Assembly: GCF_036321535.1 (NCBI RefSeq)
Contig: NC_087437.1
Location: forward strand, 1,488,001 to 1,552,000
Length of the DNA: 64,000 nucleotides
Direction: 5' to 3'
From: Camelus dromedarius
Taxonomy: Eukaryota
Shown one piece after another: positions 38,846 through 51,248 of the stretch (within the stretch, counting starts at the first letter, position 1; each line of letters opens with the position of its first letter). The position numbers were made by a program, and so were the translations under genes. The notes beneath the pieces are model-generated. The model did not search any database. It was not told the DNA's origin and was given only the letters and a program-made list of their open reading frames with translations.

Positions 38846-39800
38846 GTTGTGCAATTCAGGAGCATTAGGTGCATTAACATGATGTGCGACCATCACTACC
38901 ATCTAGTTTCACACTATTTCTTTCCTCAAAGTAAAACCCTGGATCCAGAGCACACACTCCCCTTTCTCCCTCCCCCAGGCCCTGACAACCCTAAGTCCTC
39001 TTTCTCTCTGGGTGTCTTTACCTCTCCTGGGTGTTCCCTATCAATGAAACTTTATGAAAGGTGGATTTTTGTGCTTGCCCACTTGTTTTAAGCTGTGGCT
39101 GGTGATTTTTTGCTTGTTTGTTTTCACTTGAAATAGCATTTTTATTATTTGAAAGGGAAATCCAGGGGGATTAAAGATGTGATGTACAAAATGAAGCCCT
39201 TTTAGAAACTCTGTGCATAATCTCATTGTAGACACTGCTGTTCCCCCTGTGACACCACAGCCAGAAGACAGAAAGGAGATTCTTAGCTCTTCCTGTGGCA
39301 AAAACAAAACCAAACAAATCAAAAAACAAGCAAAAGCCCAGAAAAACAGCTGGAAAGACAAATCACAACCTGGCAAAATTGTTCCTCATAACCCAAGGTT
39401 GGAGAAAGTTTTCACATCCCTGTAGCCCAAAAACCTCTTGAAACCCCTTGTTCTAAAGAGAAAGAGAACAGACATGGGTAGTTTCAATGAGAAGCAGTGC
39501 AGGTGGCCAGTGTGTGTCAGAGATGCTTGATCTCTCAGGTGAGGACACAGGTGGATGGATACACTATTGAAACAACACTTGTCACCATCACACTAGCAGG
39601 TCTTTATTCAAGTGACAACCAGCCCTGGTGACAATGTGAGCAGGCAGAGGATCCAGCAGATACCCTGGAGGGAAGAGTGGACGGACACTCCTCTCCAGGG
39701 GAACAGGGTGCAGCACTCATCAAAGGGCCACAGGTGCATCCCTTCCCCAGGATCCTTAGAGTTCATCCCACTAAAGTCCTAGCACACCTGTTCAAAGATG
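38825..39800. repeat. Old ~1 kb direct duplication, copy 2 (begins with L1M 3' fragment, minus strand)
   Basis: Paralogous to 35180-36145; see the shared strings listed there. Confidence 0.9.
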
Positions 39801-40474
39801 TCTTTTCAAGGGTGTTCATCACAGCACTGGTCGAAACATTTGGAATTAAAGCATCACTAAGGTAAATGGAGAGGGGATGTGGTCCATTCGTTCTGGTTCA
39901 TGTAGATGAATGAATGTTGTGCAGTTGGAAAAGTGGGTGCCTAGTCTCTACCCAATGTCAAGGGAGGCCTCAGGGTGGAAGTATGCAGACCCACCATCTG
40001 CATCCAGGGTCCCATCTGCACGACCACATATGTGTGAAATTAACATAGATGGAAATGAATCTGATTGAGTGTGTGAGAGACAGAGATAGAGAGAGAGACT
40101 GAGAGACACAGAGACTGAGAGATAAGCACCAAATCATTCATGACAGTCACCTATGTGGGTGGGATTTACAAATCTCTTTTCTTTTAAGTAATATTTCAAT
40201 TTTTTGTAATGTGATGTATTGCTCTACTAATTCTAAAAGGATTAAAATCCTAAGTTAATGTAACCCATTGATTACTTATCTATGGAGTAATTAAAGTACA
40301 TTAATCCTATTTTTAAAAGAATTTAAAGCCTTCTCAAGACTCAGTTCCATGTCCACTCCGTGGCAGCAGAGGTTCTCCAGGAGGTCGTGTCTCTTCTGAA
40401 TCAGCATCCAATAGAGGTGAGGAAGAAGTCCCAGACTTGGACACTGAAGACTACAATAGATTAGAGATTCTGTT

Positions 40475-40706
40475 GAGAGAAATTAAGACCTACATTCACA
40501 GAAAATAATCCCATATTCATGGAGCAGAAGGCTTCATTCTACTAAGATGACAATAGTCCATGAATAGATCTAAGGATTCAAAGAATGCCTACCCAAATCA
40601 CAGGTGGTGTTTTGCAGAAATTGACAATCAATCTAAAATTCACGTGGAAAATCCAGGGGCTCTGAATACATGAGTGAATCTTGAAAAAGAAGAACAAAGT
40701 TCGAGG
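40475..40706 (+). mobile_element. Decayed LINE-1 ORF2 fragment (post-RT region)
   Basis: 'cccatattcatgg...aagatgacaata...ttttgcagaaattgacaa...ctaaaattcacgtggaaa...atcttgaaaaagaagaacaaagtt' corresponds to the L1 ORF2 segment IPCSW...KM...FAEIDKLILKFIWK...ILKKKNKVGG, with frameshifts and stops. Confidence 0.8.
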
Positions 40707-42049
40707 AATGGAAAGTCAGATAGAACCCACGGTTAATACAAAAGCACTTTAAGCTGAAGATACCTGAGATTCAATAGATGTAGAAGAAAACCTGTCATGG
40801 AAGCCAGTTCTCTCCTCCCCCTTTGCCCTATTAAGTTAGGTTGATAAAAAAAAAGTCTTTAACTTTCACCATTTAACATGGTAGTTACTTTTCTGGTTGG
40901 CTCCTGCGTGTGTATAAATAAACCGTTTCTCTTGTTCATCTCCTCTTTACTTCTGTGGTCTCTTTGGGAGGGACTCTGGATGATAGGGACTTGATCTTTT
41001 CTCACCTTCTTTAGTAACATCTTTTGTCCATGGTGAAGTGATTAAAAAAAAAAAGACGCTCATTGGTTTTGGGTCAGATTTGGAACATGTATACCTTTGG
41101 AGACCCCCTGGAGGAACAAGGGGGTTAAATACTGCTGGGAGAATTTACTGGTTTTATTGTCCAAATGCCCAGTAAGATGCTATTTGCAAGGATTTTTTTA
41201 AAGGTTCTTACCCTAAAACAAGTACCCTATCTAAACTTCTTACCTGATCAAATAGAAAGAAAGACAACAGAGAATCATGCTTAGCCTAAGATTTCCTTAA
41301 CAAAATGGAAGGTCAGAATCAGATTCATAGCAAAAATTAAAATCCATGTATACCATCAACCCTCCCACCCTTTTGTAGACTGTCCTCATGTAATCTTCCA
41401 GATGGCTCCCTGGAGAAAGCCCTCCCCAAGATCGCACATGGCCAGCTCTTTGCCTGGACCTCTTGCTTGCTTTCAGAGCTTGGCCCAGTGGGAGGTTGGT
41501 CCCCACGGCCTGAGAGGGGCTATTTGTGAAACATTCTCTGCTAAGACCCACAAGGCTGAAGGGGACCTGTGTTCTCTGAGGGAGAGAGAGCACACCGAGC
41601 CTCTGTGGAGGCATCTCTGAAATCATCCAAAAGGCACACAATTCTAACTCTGGACACAGAAATTTTTGATTGGCGTCTTAGTTGGAAATCTCCTCCTAGA
41701 TAGAAAGAAGCAGATTCAAGATGTTGCAATTGGATGGGGAGGTCAGCCTCTCGAATTTGTCAATGAGGAGGATACACAATTCTCTGCAGAAGTAGGAACA
41801 CCCACCTCTGCTCTGCTGACTTCATCTATAGAGAAACAGAGACGCAGCTCTAGGGGGAATTCAACGCCCAACAACCCTTCTTACTGACGTCAACGTCCCT
41901 ACTTTATTCTCCTGTCAGTTCCCTGCAGAAAACCTGTGGCTCAGCCCCAAATATCACATACCCGTCAACCTGAACCACTCTGTGTCTCTCTGTGTCCAAC
42001 TCGAGCACTAAGGCCTGTGACCGTTATTGTCAAGTCGTGTCCCCTTTGA

Positions 42050-42670
42050 GCCCGTCTCCCGCCATCATCCCAGCCCAACCTCGGTGTCTCTCTCCAGGTC
42101 AGCAGCACTCTTCCCACTGGCTTCCCATCAGCTTACCTTGCCCTGCTTCCATTGCTCATTCCCCATACATTACCCACAACAGTCTTATTAAAGTATGAAT
42201 CAGATCAAGATGTTCCCCTGTACAAAATACTCTCGTGATTTTCCATTTTATTGAGAAGAATATCGAGTCCCTACCAAGGCCCTGTGTGATCCGGTCCCTC
42301 ACCCGTCTCTGCAGCCTCAGTTCTCACCGTCCTGCTCCAGCCCATCTTCACCGCCCAGATGGTCCCCAGCAGGAGAGCTGTGTTTGTAACTCCAAGTCTT
42401 GTACTTGCACTTCTCCCGGCCTGGGAGGCTTTTCTTGTCTGTTCCCTACGTGGCTTATTCTTTTGCTTCATTCAGGACTTTGTTCAAATTATTTTACCCT
42501 CAAAGAGGACTTATCTGACCACATTATTTAAAATAGCACACACATATTTCCTATTCAATCATTTTCTCTCCTAATATGGTTTATGTTTCTTTGTGTCAAT
42601 TATTAGCACCTGGCAGTACATCATATATTTATTTGCTTACTGGTTTATTGTCTATCTTTCTTACTAGTCC
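42050..42670 (+). mobile_element. LINE-2 3' region relic
   Basis: Typical L2 3' strings: 'aatcagatcaagatgttcccctg', 'caaggccctgtgtgatccggtccc', 'ttcattcagg...ctgaccacattatttaaaatagc', 'tttatttgcttactggtttattgtct'. Confidence 0.7.
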
Positions 42671-42999
42671 TATATTCACAGAACCACAAATTAATGTTTT
42701 AAGCAGTAACTTTCAAACCACATTTAAATGAGTTATTTTATAAGATGAGAATTTTAGAGGCTTCCACGGGTTGCTTAGGGGAAAAAAGAGAAAGGATTCA
42801 GGTTGAACTAGGTTATTAAGGACCTGGGAGTTGGTTATTTATTTTATTCACAGTAGTGTGTATCTGTTAATCCCAAACTCCTAATCTAGCAAAGGACCGA
42901 GCTGATTACTATTTTTAAAAAGCTTTTTTTTTCCTTTTAAAGTTGGGTTGTTTGAGATCTCTTTTCTCCTTTGTTCTTTTTCTTTTTTAAAAAAAGCAT

Positions 43000-43081
43000 T
43001 TTTCTTCTTATTTTTTTAAATTGAGGTACTGTGAATTGAACCCAGCACGTACTCTACCCCTTGAACTATACCATCCCCTCC
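43000..43081 (-). mobile_element. tRNA-derived SINE, camelid Vic-1-like, with internal deletion
   Basis: The reverse complement gaggggatggtatagttcaaggggtagagtacgtgctgggttcaattcacagtacctcaatttaaaaaaataag has an A-box-like motif, a B box (GGTTCAATTC), a 'cagtacctc' end and an A-rich tail. Confidence 0.75.
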
Positions 43082-44119
43082 AAAGACAATTATTTTTATA
43101 CTTTGACAATACCATACTGAATTAAGATTTTTTTTTTACTTTATTTTCCCTTCAGAGAGTTTATAACTGAGGGATAGAGTCAGAGGAAGCCCTGGGCCAT
43201 TTCTTCCTTCTCAGCGCATTACTACACAGCAGAGGAGCTTGGATGTCACCAGGCCCAGCTCACCTTTCTGCACTGAGGGCTGACTCAGGCCACTTCTTTA
43301 AACAGAAGCGTGTTATAAGCAGCAGAAAGCCAACTAGCCAGCAACAATGACAAAACTGACCCACCTGCAGTTGGACATCATCTGCTCTGAAATGATCCTC
43401 TTAAACCTCTTCTTCCTAATAGTGGATGGTTTTCAAAAATATTCCCAAGGAGACGAATCTCACTCTATTTTTCTGGATTTCTTGGGCCTTCTATGACTTT
43501 AACTGCAGGCTTGATTTTCTGCAGAACGTCTGCAGGGAAGCCAGCCAGAACACGTGAACAGACCCTGCAGGCCACAGCTGAGGCCTCCGGTCAAAACATC
43601 CTTGTTGTGCAGAGCCTACATTCATGGGACCATTTTCATGACTGCTGTAATTAGTTCTCATCCAAGTGTCCCACCGAAAATGTTTCTAGATGGAAGGTGA
43701 TCTGATGCACGTGAGCAGTGGGGATGTGGGATGCAGATGGCAGACATACTGGAAGGAGAGAAGGGAAATGTTTGTTCAGGCTTCAGTTTGGAAGATTTCT
43801 GATTTTCATATGAACATTAAACTGGGTCAGGCTGAAGCGCCATTTGCTCTAAGACGGGATGATGTACACGTATCCCTACAACTTCTAAAAGCTATGTTGA
43901 AGATGGACGTGACAGCCTAGGGGACAGAGAGCTTAGAGTGACACCTATGTTCCAGGATGCCTATGATCTCGGGCTCACAAAGAGGAAAAGAATACACATA
44001 CTTTGCCTGTGTAGTTCTATGTGAAATTATTTTGACCCTTGCCAGATGGTGCAAGATCAGAGATCATGTAGTCTTTCTTACATCGCAAAGACGACAATTC
44101 TTCTTGATGAGTTAGCACG

Positions 44120-45100
44120 CTGTTTCCAATGGCCCAGGGTCTGTGCCAGACATTAGCTGTCTAGACAAATACCACACAGCCCCCATTCCTCAAGGAGTTC
44201 ACAGTGTGTCATGAAAGAAACAAATTTAAATAGGTTTTCAAAACAATGTGGCAAGAGTCACTTGGCATCATGTATACTTAATGTTCAGAGGGGCTCTTGC
44301 ACTGCCTTGGGCTGGGTTCTAGAAGGTAGGGAAGGTGTCAGAGAGGAAATGCTTTCTGCACTGACATCTGAAGGATTCCAGCAAATCTGTAGACCAGGAG
44401 AGTCCGTGGTGTGGACAGGATTCTCGGCAGCTTGCGTGTCTCGTGCAGACGCCTGGTCGTGCCTAAGATCACTTTGCACTTAGGGAAGGAAGGTCAGTGA
44501 GGCTGCAGGCTGTGAGGAACTAATGGAAGCTGAGGCTGAAAAAAAGCAACAAGTAGGTGATGAGAAGGTGTAACATTAAATCAGGGAGCGTGGACATCCT
44601 CACATATGCACCGGGGAATTCTCTGGGATTTTAAAGAGGAGAGTGACACAGATTAGTCATTAAAAGTGAGAAAAGTGGATTGTTCACTCTAAAGAACAGC
44701 ACTGGGGAGACTAGCAAGGGGTGTGAATTAATGCAGAGAGGAGCGAGGAGCAGGGACTTAGTTGGGGGATATTAAGGAAGAGAATTCTAGTACTGATGGG
44801 GGTGAGGGAGTGGAAAAGTAAAGGAAAACTCCCAGATGTATGGCACGGAAAACAGATGGGATAGTGATGCCATTATTTGAAGAAGTAAACCTAGTTCTGA
44901 GCGAGTGTAAATTCAAACATACAAAGCTTGACATTTTTATGGGTTAATCAAGTGTGAATGTCTACTTGTCAATTATAAGTATATTTCTGGGACTGAAATA
45001 AGATGTCCTTGCTGGAAAAGATTTGACAATTAATCAGCGGACAGAGAGAGGTTGAAGCCACGGGAATAAATGCCACCCACTGACAGTTTATCAAAGAAAA
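44120..45100 (-). mobile_element. LINE-2 relic, minus strand, fragmented
   Basis: Purine-rich antisense L2-type strings: 'ctgtgccagac', 'cctcaaggagttcacagt', 'ctgacatctgaaggat', 'ttttaaagaggagagtgacacagatt', 'gatagtgatgccatt', 'ggttgaagccacgggaa'. Confidence 0.6.
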
Positions 45101-45209
45101 GGGAAGGAGGGAACTTCTGGTTCAGAAAATAAGGCAGACCAGAAACTTGAAGACCCACTCACTGAAGACACATAAAAACGTAGGGCACAATGCCGCCAAT
45201 CTTTTCTTG

Positions 45210-45850
45210 TTTTTTTTTCTACAGGCACCTTTATTGTGGTATGATTCCTGTACAGTAAACTACACATATTTCACATACACTATTTGATGAATTTGACAGA
45301 TGTCTACACCCAGAAAACCATCACCACAATCAAGATAGCTAACATTTCCTTCACTCCCCAAGAGGGGCACTTTTCGAATTCCCATATTTATCCCTTCCCA
45401 TATCCTTCTCTACATGGTAACCATAAGTTTGTTTCTCAATCTCTGTGGGTCTATTTCTCTTTTGTAATTAATTTCATTGGTGTCTTTTTCAGATTCTACA
45501 TGTAAGTGATATATGGCATTTTTCTCATTTTCTGGCTTACTTCACTTAGAATGACTATCTCTAAGTCCATCCATGTTGCTGCAAATGGCATTATTTTGTT
45601 CTTTTTAATGGCTGAGTAGTATGCCTTGGTCTAAATATACTGCTACTTCTTTATCCAGTCACCTGTCGATGGACATTGGGGTTGCTGCCATGTCCTGGCT
45701 ATTATAAATACTGCTGCTGTGAGCATTGAGGTGCATGTGAATTTTTGAACTAGAGTTTTCTCCTGACATATGCCTGGGAGTGGGATGGCTGGATCATGAG
45801 TTAAGTCCATTTTCATGTTTAAAGGAACCACCACACTGTCTTCTTTAGTG
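45210..45850 (-). mobile_element. Composite L1 fragment (old L1M 3' end plus younger L1 ORF2 C-terminus/3'UTR) in unit copy 1
   Basis: ORF 45643..45834 gives DPAIPLPGICQEKTLVQKFTCTSMLTAAVFIIARTWQQPQCPSTGDWIKK, the L1 ORF2 C-terminal segment. Confidence 0.9.
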
Positions 45851-46060
45851 ACAATGCAGCCCGTCTTACTGAAGCAGAGCCATGCTCAGAAATTAATGGG
45901 TATTTCTAGGGGCCAGATATGAAGTACAGTGAGTGTGGCCTGTTCAAGAATCAGAGGGCAGTCTGGCAGGGATGGAGGAGAGTGACTGGGAGACAGAGGT
46001 ACAGGCAAGATTCAAACCACGTGGGTACATAACAGGCTGGGATAAGGAGACTGGACTTCC

Positions 46061-46520
46061 TGTCATCCATTTGTAACCACGGGGCACTGGTTCCAGAACT
46101 CCCCTCAGATGTCAACATCCATGGATGCTGATGCCTTTTGTATAAAATGGTACAGGACCTGTATGGAACTTATGTGAACCCTCCCATGTAGTTTTTTTAT
46201 ATATATATACAAAATTTTAATCGAGATATACACGTTTTACAATGTTGCATCAAATTCCAGTGTAGAGCATAACTTTTCAGTTATACATGAATATACACAT
46301 AAATTCATTGTCAGATTATCTTTTGCTGGGTCCTCCTGTGTACTTTTAATAATCCCTAGCTTACTCACAGTATCTAGTAAAACATGAATGCTATGTAAAT
46401 AGTTGCAGGTGTATGCCAAATTCAAGTGCTGTTTTTTGAAACTTTCCGATTTTTCCCGAATATTTTCAACCCAAAGTTAGTTGAATCTGCTGGAAAGGGA
46501 GCCACAACATATGGAGAACC
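46061..46520 (+). mobile_element. MER2/Tigger-type DNA transposon relic split by a short L1 3' end (copy 1)
   Basis: 'ctggttccagaactcccc...atccatggatgct...tataaaatgg...aatgctatgtaaatagttg...ccgaatattttcaaccc...ttgaatc' matches the MER2-like consensus from memory. The L1 piece lies at ~46190-46330. Confidence 0.75.
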
Positions 46521-48504
46521 ACCAAGCTCCTCCAACCCACTTGCTAAATTTCCACTGTAAGTGCTGAAAGGGACCAAAGAGAGAAGAGTGCCCTCTAGCG
46601 GCTGAAAACGCTGAGTAATTCCTTCAGCATAAGCAGCGCAGGAGAGTTTTCGGGCCAACTAGCACAAAAGGAGGGCCCGCCTGCACAGGAAGGAGGAAGG
46701 AAGGCAGTGGAAGCAAACTCGCACCCTTCCTCGAGCTAGCAGATAGCAGTGAGGGAAGCCAAGGAACTGGGGACACGTCGAGTGGGGGGCAAACCTGGCC
46801 GCCAGGTGCAGGGTTCACACAGCAGAAAACATTTTGCAGGATCAAAATAAAAAGGAGTGGGGGTGGAGGGAAGGGGCTGCCTCAGAAGCGGGATCCAGAC
46901 AAGGGCAAGAGAACCGTGACCTCAGGTAATGCAGCTCCCTTAGTAAGCCAGAAAAAGTAAACAATAAGGCAAGATATTGCAGATTCCACCACAGCCACAC
47001 GAATAACTCGATCTCTCAGCTGACAAAATGGAACAATCGGAAAGAGGAATGTTTCTTTTTCTCTTATTTTGGAACTTGGGAAAGGGAGCCACACATCTCT
47101 GATGGGAAGCATCCTTACTCTGGTAGAGAGATCACTTTCTCAGGAATAAGCATGGAGAGAAAGAGTGCGGTGAAGCTTTAGTGGTTCAAAACACAAGCCA
47201 GTCTGAGAAACGGTAAAAACATGCTTCTCAATGAAGCCGAGTTATGGCAAAAAGCAGGAGGAAGCTTAAGGTAACATCTCTTAATATCCATTCAGCAGAC
47301 AAGACTAGCGGGAACTTAAAGGCAGCACTTTTAATCAGGATAATTTTGTTATGATTTGTTGGTTTAGTTTTGTTTTTTGGTTAAGAAAAACAAAGCCGTA
47401 TTTTAAAACACAGCTAGGGGCCCTAGATATGGAGAGTGTTGTAGAGAGTTGAGGCAGAAAATTGTTGATGAGGAGAACATAAAGCTGCGTATAGACAGGT
47501 AAGGGTTCCAAGACCACTGCTCGAAAAACATTAGCCAATCAAGTGTCCATTTGATTGGAAAAGAAGTAAGTAACTCAAAAATGGGAAAGACATCGGATTA
47601 AATAGCGGTAGTGAGCAATTACATCCAAGAAGTTTATACCTCTATTTTCATCGTGAATGTAACAAACTTAAAGCAACTGTCTAAAAAGCAGTAACTGTAG
47701 CACGAGTGCGCACAAACACACACAATTGGGAAGAGCAGAGAGGTAAAATATGCTCGATCTATCATGCTTGAGAAACAAGATCTAAAAGATTATTTCATTT
47801 TTGAGACTGTTATAGCAATACTGGTCCAATTACATATAAAGCCATGAACTTAGAGATGATTTATAAAAAATTAGAGCGAGTTTTCATTGAAAGGCAATAT
47901 AGCTTCCAAATCATTGAAGAGAATATTAACCTCAAAAAAATTAATCAATCCAGCTAAGATGGAGTAACGGAGACCATAGTTACCAACTTAGAATAAAACC
48001 AAAATAGATAAAATATATGAAGCAAAGATTTGTAACATATGTGAAAAAGATCATCCACTAGGACCTCGTCCTGCTGCCCCCATACCAAGGCTGCTAGGCC
48101 ACCTAATGCCACTACCAAGGAGGACCAACAGGTGGCGACATTGCCTCGCTCTGAACCTGCTGCAGAGCCAGTACTGATTAGTCCTGTTCCAGGTTTTGGC
48201 AGGAAGCTCCCAGAAGCGCTCTCGTGGGCCTTGGTCCCTTTTAGCCACCAGCAAAGGGATCAAGGATGAGCAGTTAGCCCCTTTACTCTGTGAAGTTCCA
48301 GGAAGCTATTGGATTTCTGAGCAGCCCTTTACCCTTGTCTGCTGTCTCGTACTCTCCACACGACTTGCAGAGTCCGCGGCTTGGGCAGACTGCACGCTGG
48401 CCCTGACCCATCAGAATCAGTTCCCCTGGAAGAGAGGACATGCACGGTCTTGTGCAGGGCTCCAGGCCTCTGGAGCCATGCCGCTTGGACTGCGTCCTGG
48501 CCCT

Positions 48505-48590
48505 GGGATCGTGAGATCCATGCCCTTGGCTGAGTCACTTAACGTCTCTAAGCTACTTTCCTCATCAGTACAATGAAGGCACAATCAATG
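48505..48590 (+). mobile_element. MIR core fragment (also at ~53680-53765 +, ~56545-56630 -, ~61575-61660 -)
   Basis: 'cttggctgagtcacttaacgtctctaagctactttcctcatcagtacaatgaagg' matches the MIR core 'cttgggcaagtcacttaacctctctgagcctcagtttcctcatctgtaaaatggg'. Confidence 0.75.
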
Positions 48591-48739
48591 TGGGGGAGAA
48601 AATCAGAATCCGGGGGGACTACATTTCTGGTGATTGAAGATTATTTTCATTTGGAATTATACAGTGAGGGACACCATACAGTTTTTACTACTTCAGACTT
48701 CAAAAGGACAGCTTCTACTATTCTTCAAACTAATGCATT

Positions 48740-48905
48740 CACTTACACGCAAACACACGTGAACGCACACTGACTCTGCTCCACATTCTTCCCCATGCAC
48801 GCACACGTGGACACATGGACCAAAATCACACCCATAACATACACACAACCACACACGTCCCAAGGTGCATGCGAGCGCACTTGCACACACACGTCACACA
48901 CACCT
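48740..48905 (+). repeat. CA-rich low-complexity tract inside the macrosatellite unit (also ~53905-54080, ~56175-56390, ~61205-61420)
   Basis: Degenerate (CA)n/CACGTG-rich sequence at the same position in all four units. Confidence 0.75.
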
Positions 48906-50411
48906 TTGGCGTCACTCTAAACCAACTTCCAATCGAGGGTCTCAGTGTCCATTGTTTCATCTGCTCAGAAGCTCCTGACTTCGGAGCATGAAGCAGGATC
49001 CCCTCCTCTCTGGAGATGGTCTTTGCCTCTTCCAGTCTCAACAGAGCCAACAGAACTGCTCTGGACCTTTGGAAATGCAGGGCCAGAGCATACATGGGAG
49101 TTCCCATCCTATGTAGGTCAACATTTTAAGTGCAGTCAGTTCAAAACTCCTGCCTTTACAACCACACATTCATTAGAATGGGGAAGGCCAGGTTCAACTT
49201 TAGAATTCCCAGACCCAGGGGAGTCCCACAAAGAAAGTGCCAGTGTGGGGAGAGCCGATTCCCAGTCTCTGACCACTAGCCTCACCCTTTTCTTCCCAAT
49301 GAAGGGTCCATCCCTTGCCCCAGGGTCCTTGGTTGTTCACAGGGGGAACCTCAGATCTCACATCCTGGCTCTCTCCATAACCTCCATGCCAACAGCTGCC
49401 CGTTGGCATCCCTGTGAGTCCTGGGTAGCTGAAATCCAGGGAGAGCTGGTGCAGACACTACAAGTGGGTCAGGGGCTGCTGGAGCGGGGAATTCGGGTTC
49501 CTGGGTTTCCAGAGCACGGGTTGGAGCCAATGGGTGTGTCCCCTTGGCCCCGCTGACTCCAGCCCGTGGAGGGCTTGGCCAGAGGGAGTGTCAGGGCCAC
49601 ATGGACCCTCTGTAGTGCAGGACCCAGGGAAGGGGGATGGGCAGCCCGAAAAGTTGTCTAAGGGCAGAAGCAGTAAGGAAGGGACTGAGGAAGCTGTAAG
49701 GTATCCACATTCCCATCAATTAAAAGAAAAGCTCGCCAGAGGCGAGGGTGTGAAGGCTTTTGTTAAAACAATGAAGGCGATTGCCAAGGTATGGCCAGAG
49801 ATGGCTGGGGGGCTTGCCAGGCTGATGACGAACCGAGAGGCCATCAGCCTCGAAACACCACCCAACTTCCTCCTGGTGACACTGAAATGCAGTGAGACAC
49901 GGAAAGCACAATAAACACAGGCTGGAAAATCAGCAGCCTGTTGCTTGTTTCTCCATCCATATGGCGTCCCCAATTTTTGGAGCCTTTAGTGCATCACCCA
50001 GGGCTGACCCGGCTCAGGATTACAGCTGATATTCCACAGGTGGCATCACTCGCTTGTGACACGAAGCAGGCATGTTAGCCACCTTGCAAACACTGAGGCT
50101 CCTCCTGGGAGGAGCTTCCGGGTCCCCAGTCCACACTCTGCGCCACCATGCTCCTTAGTGCCACTCACGGTTTGCTGCCCTGGCCTCTAGCTCTGGCCAC
50201 AAACTCGCTGGATTGTCGATAATTATCCCCCATGCACCACGTCTAAGCTTGGGGTCCAGATGTGACCATGGCTCTTATCTTCTTCCCATCGATGTATCCT
50301 TCGGGTTTTATGTCATCGTGTTGGCAGGAAGGTCAGCACCACATTCTTGAGGCCTCCCTAAAGACACATAGAAACATAGGACACAATGAAGCCCAACTCT
50401 ACTTGTTAAAA

Positions 50412-51050
50412 CACCTTTATTTTGGTACGATTTTTGTTCCATGAATTAGACACATCTCACATGTAATATTTAATGAATTTTCCCAGATGTCTACACCCAG
50501 AAAGCCATCACCACCATCAAGAAAGCTACCATTTCCGTCACTCCCCAAGAGGGGCAATTTTCCAATTTCCATATTTACCCCTTCCCACCACCTTCCCTCC
50601 ATGGTAACCATAACTTAGTTCCTCTATGTCTGTGGGTCTGTTGCTCTTTGGTCGTTAAGTTCATTTCAGTCATTTTTTTAGATTCCACACGGAAGTGGTA
50701 TCATATGTCAGTTTTCTCTCTTCTGGCTTACTTCGCTCAGAATGACTATCTCTGTGTCCATCCATGTTGCCGCAAATGGCATGGTTTCATCCTTTTTCAT
50801 GGCAGAGTAGTATTCGACGGCAGAAATAGAACACTGTTTTTTATCCAGTCCCCAGTCAACGGACGTTTGGGTTAGTTCCACGTCCTGGCCATTATAAATA
50901 GGGCTGCTGTGAGCATTGAGGTGCATGTGACTTATTGAATTAGAGATTTCTCCTGACATATCCCCAGGCGTGGGAAGGCTGGATCATAAGGTTAGTCCAT
51001 TTGTACTTTTCTAAGGACCCTCCATCCTGTCTTCTCTAGTGGCAGTGCAG
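50412..51050 (-). mobile_element. Same composite L1 fragment in unit copy 2
   Basis: ORF 50708..50959 ends [31 protein letters not shown], the L1 ORF2 C-terminus. Confidence 0.9.
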
Positions 51051-51248
51051 CCCCTCTTATTGAAGCAGAGCCATGCTCAGAAAGTATTGGGTGTTTCTAG
51101 AGGTCAGACATGAAGTGCAGTGAGCTTGGCCTGTTCCAGAAGAGGGCATTCTGTCAGGGCTGGAGGAGACTGACCAGGGGAGTGTGGTACAGGAAGGATT
51201 CAGGCCACGTGGGGACATCACAGGCTGGGATAAGGAGCCTGGGCTTCC

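Larger units (their letters stand above)
45226..50411 (+). repeat. ~5.19 kb macrosatellite unit, copy 1 (forward subfamily)
   Basis: Colinear with copy 2 at ~5185 bp offset: 'cacctttatt.tggta' at 45226 vs 50412, and 'ttgaatc.gctgga' at ~46481 vs ~51664. Confidence 0.93.

Noticed and set aside
40790..41300. Possible LTR end and ERV-internal fragment (AATAAA ... taaca)
   Set aside because: I could not recognise a family, a primer-binding site or a TSD.
43020..43081. tRNA gene
   Set aside because: It has A/B-box-like motifs, but the anticodon-arm region is missing and an A-rich tail follows, so it is a SINE.
48945..49556. Longest ORF (203 aa), with faint resemblance to the FRG2 C-terminus (S..TS, SM.T.A...P.ESW)
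   Set aside because: It has a GTG start, is broken in the other copies, and the motif spacing does not match. The resemblance is too weak to call.
49534..49914. ORF sharing WPEMAGGLARLM.NREAISLETPP with 60111..60521
   Set aside because: The N-terminal frames differ between copies and copy 3 is frameshifted, so DNA-level paralogy explains the similarity.
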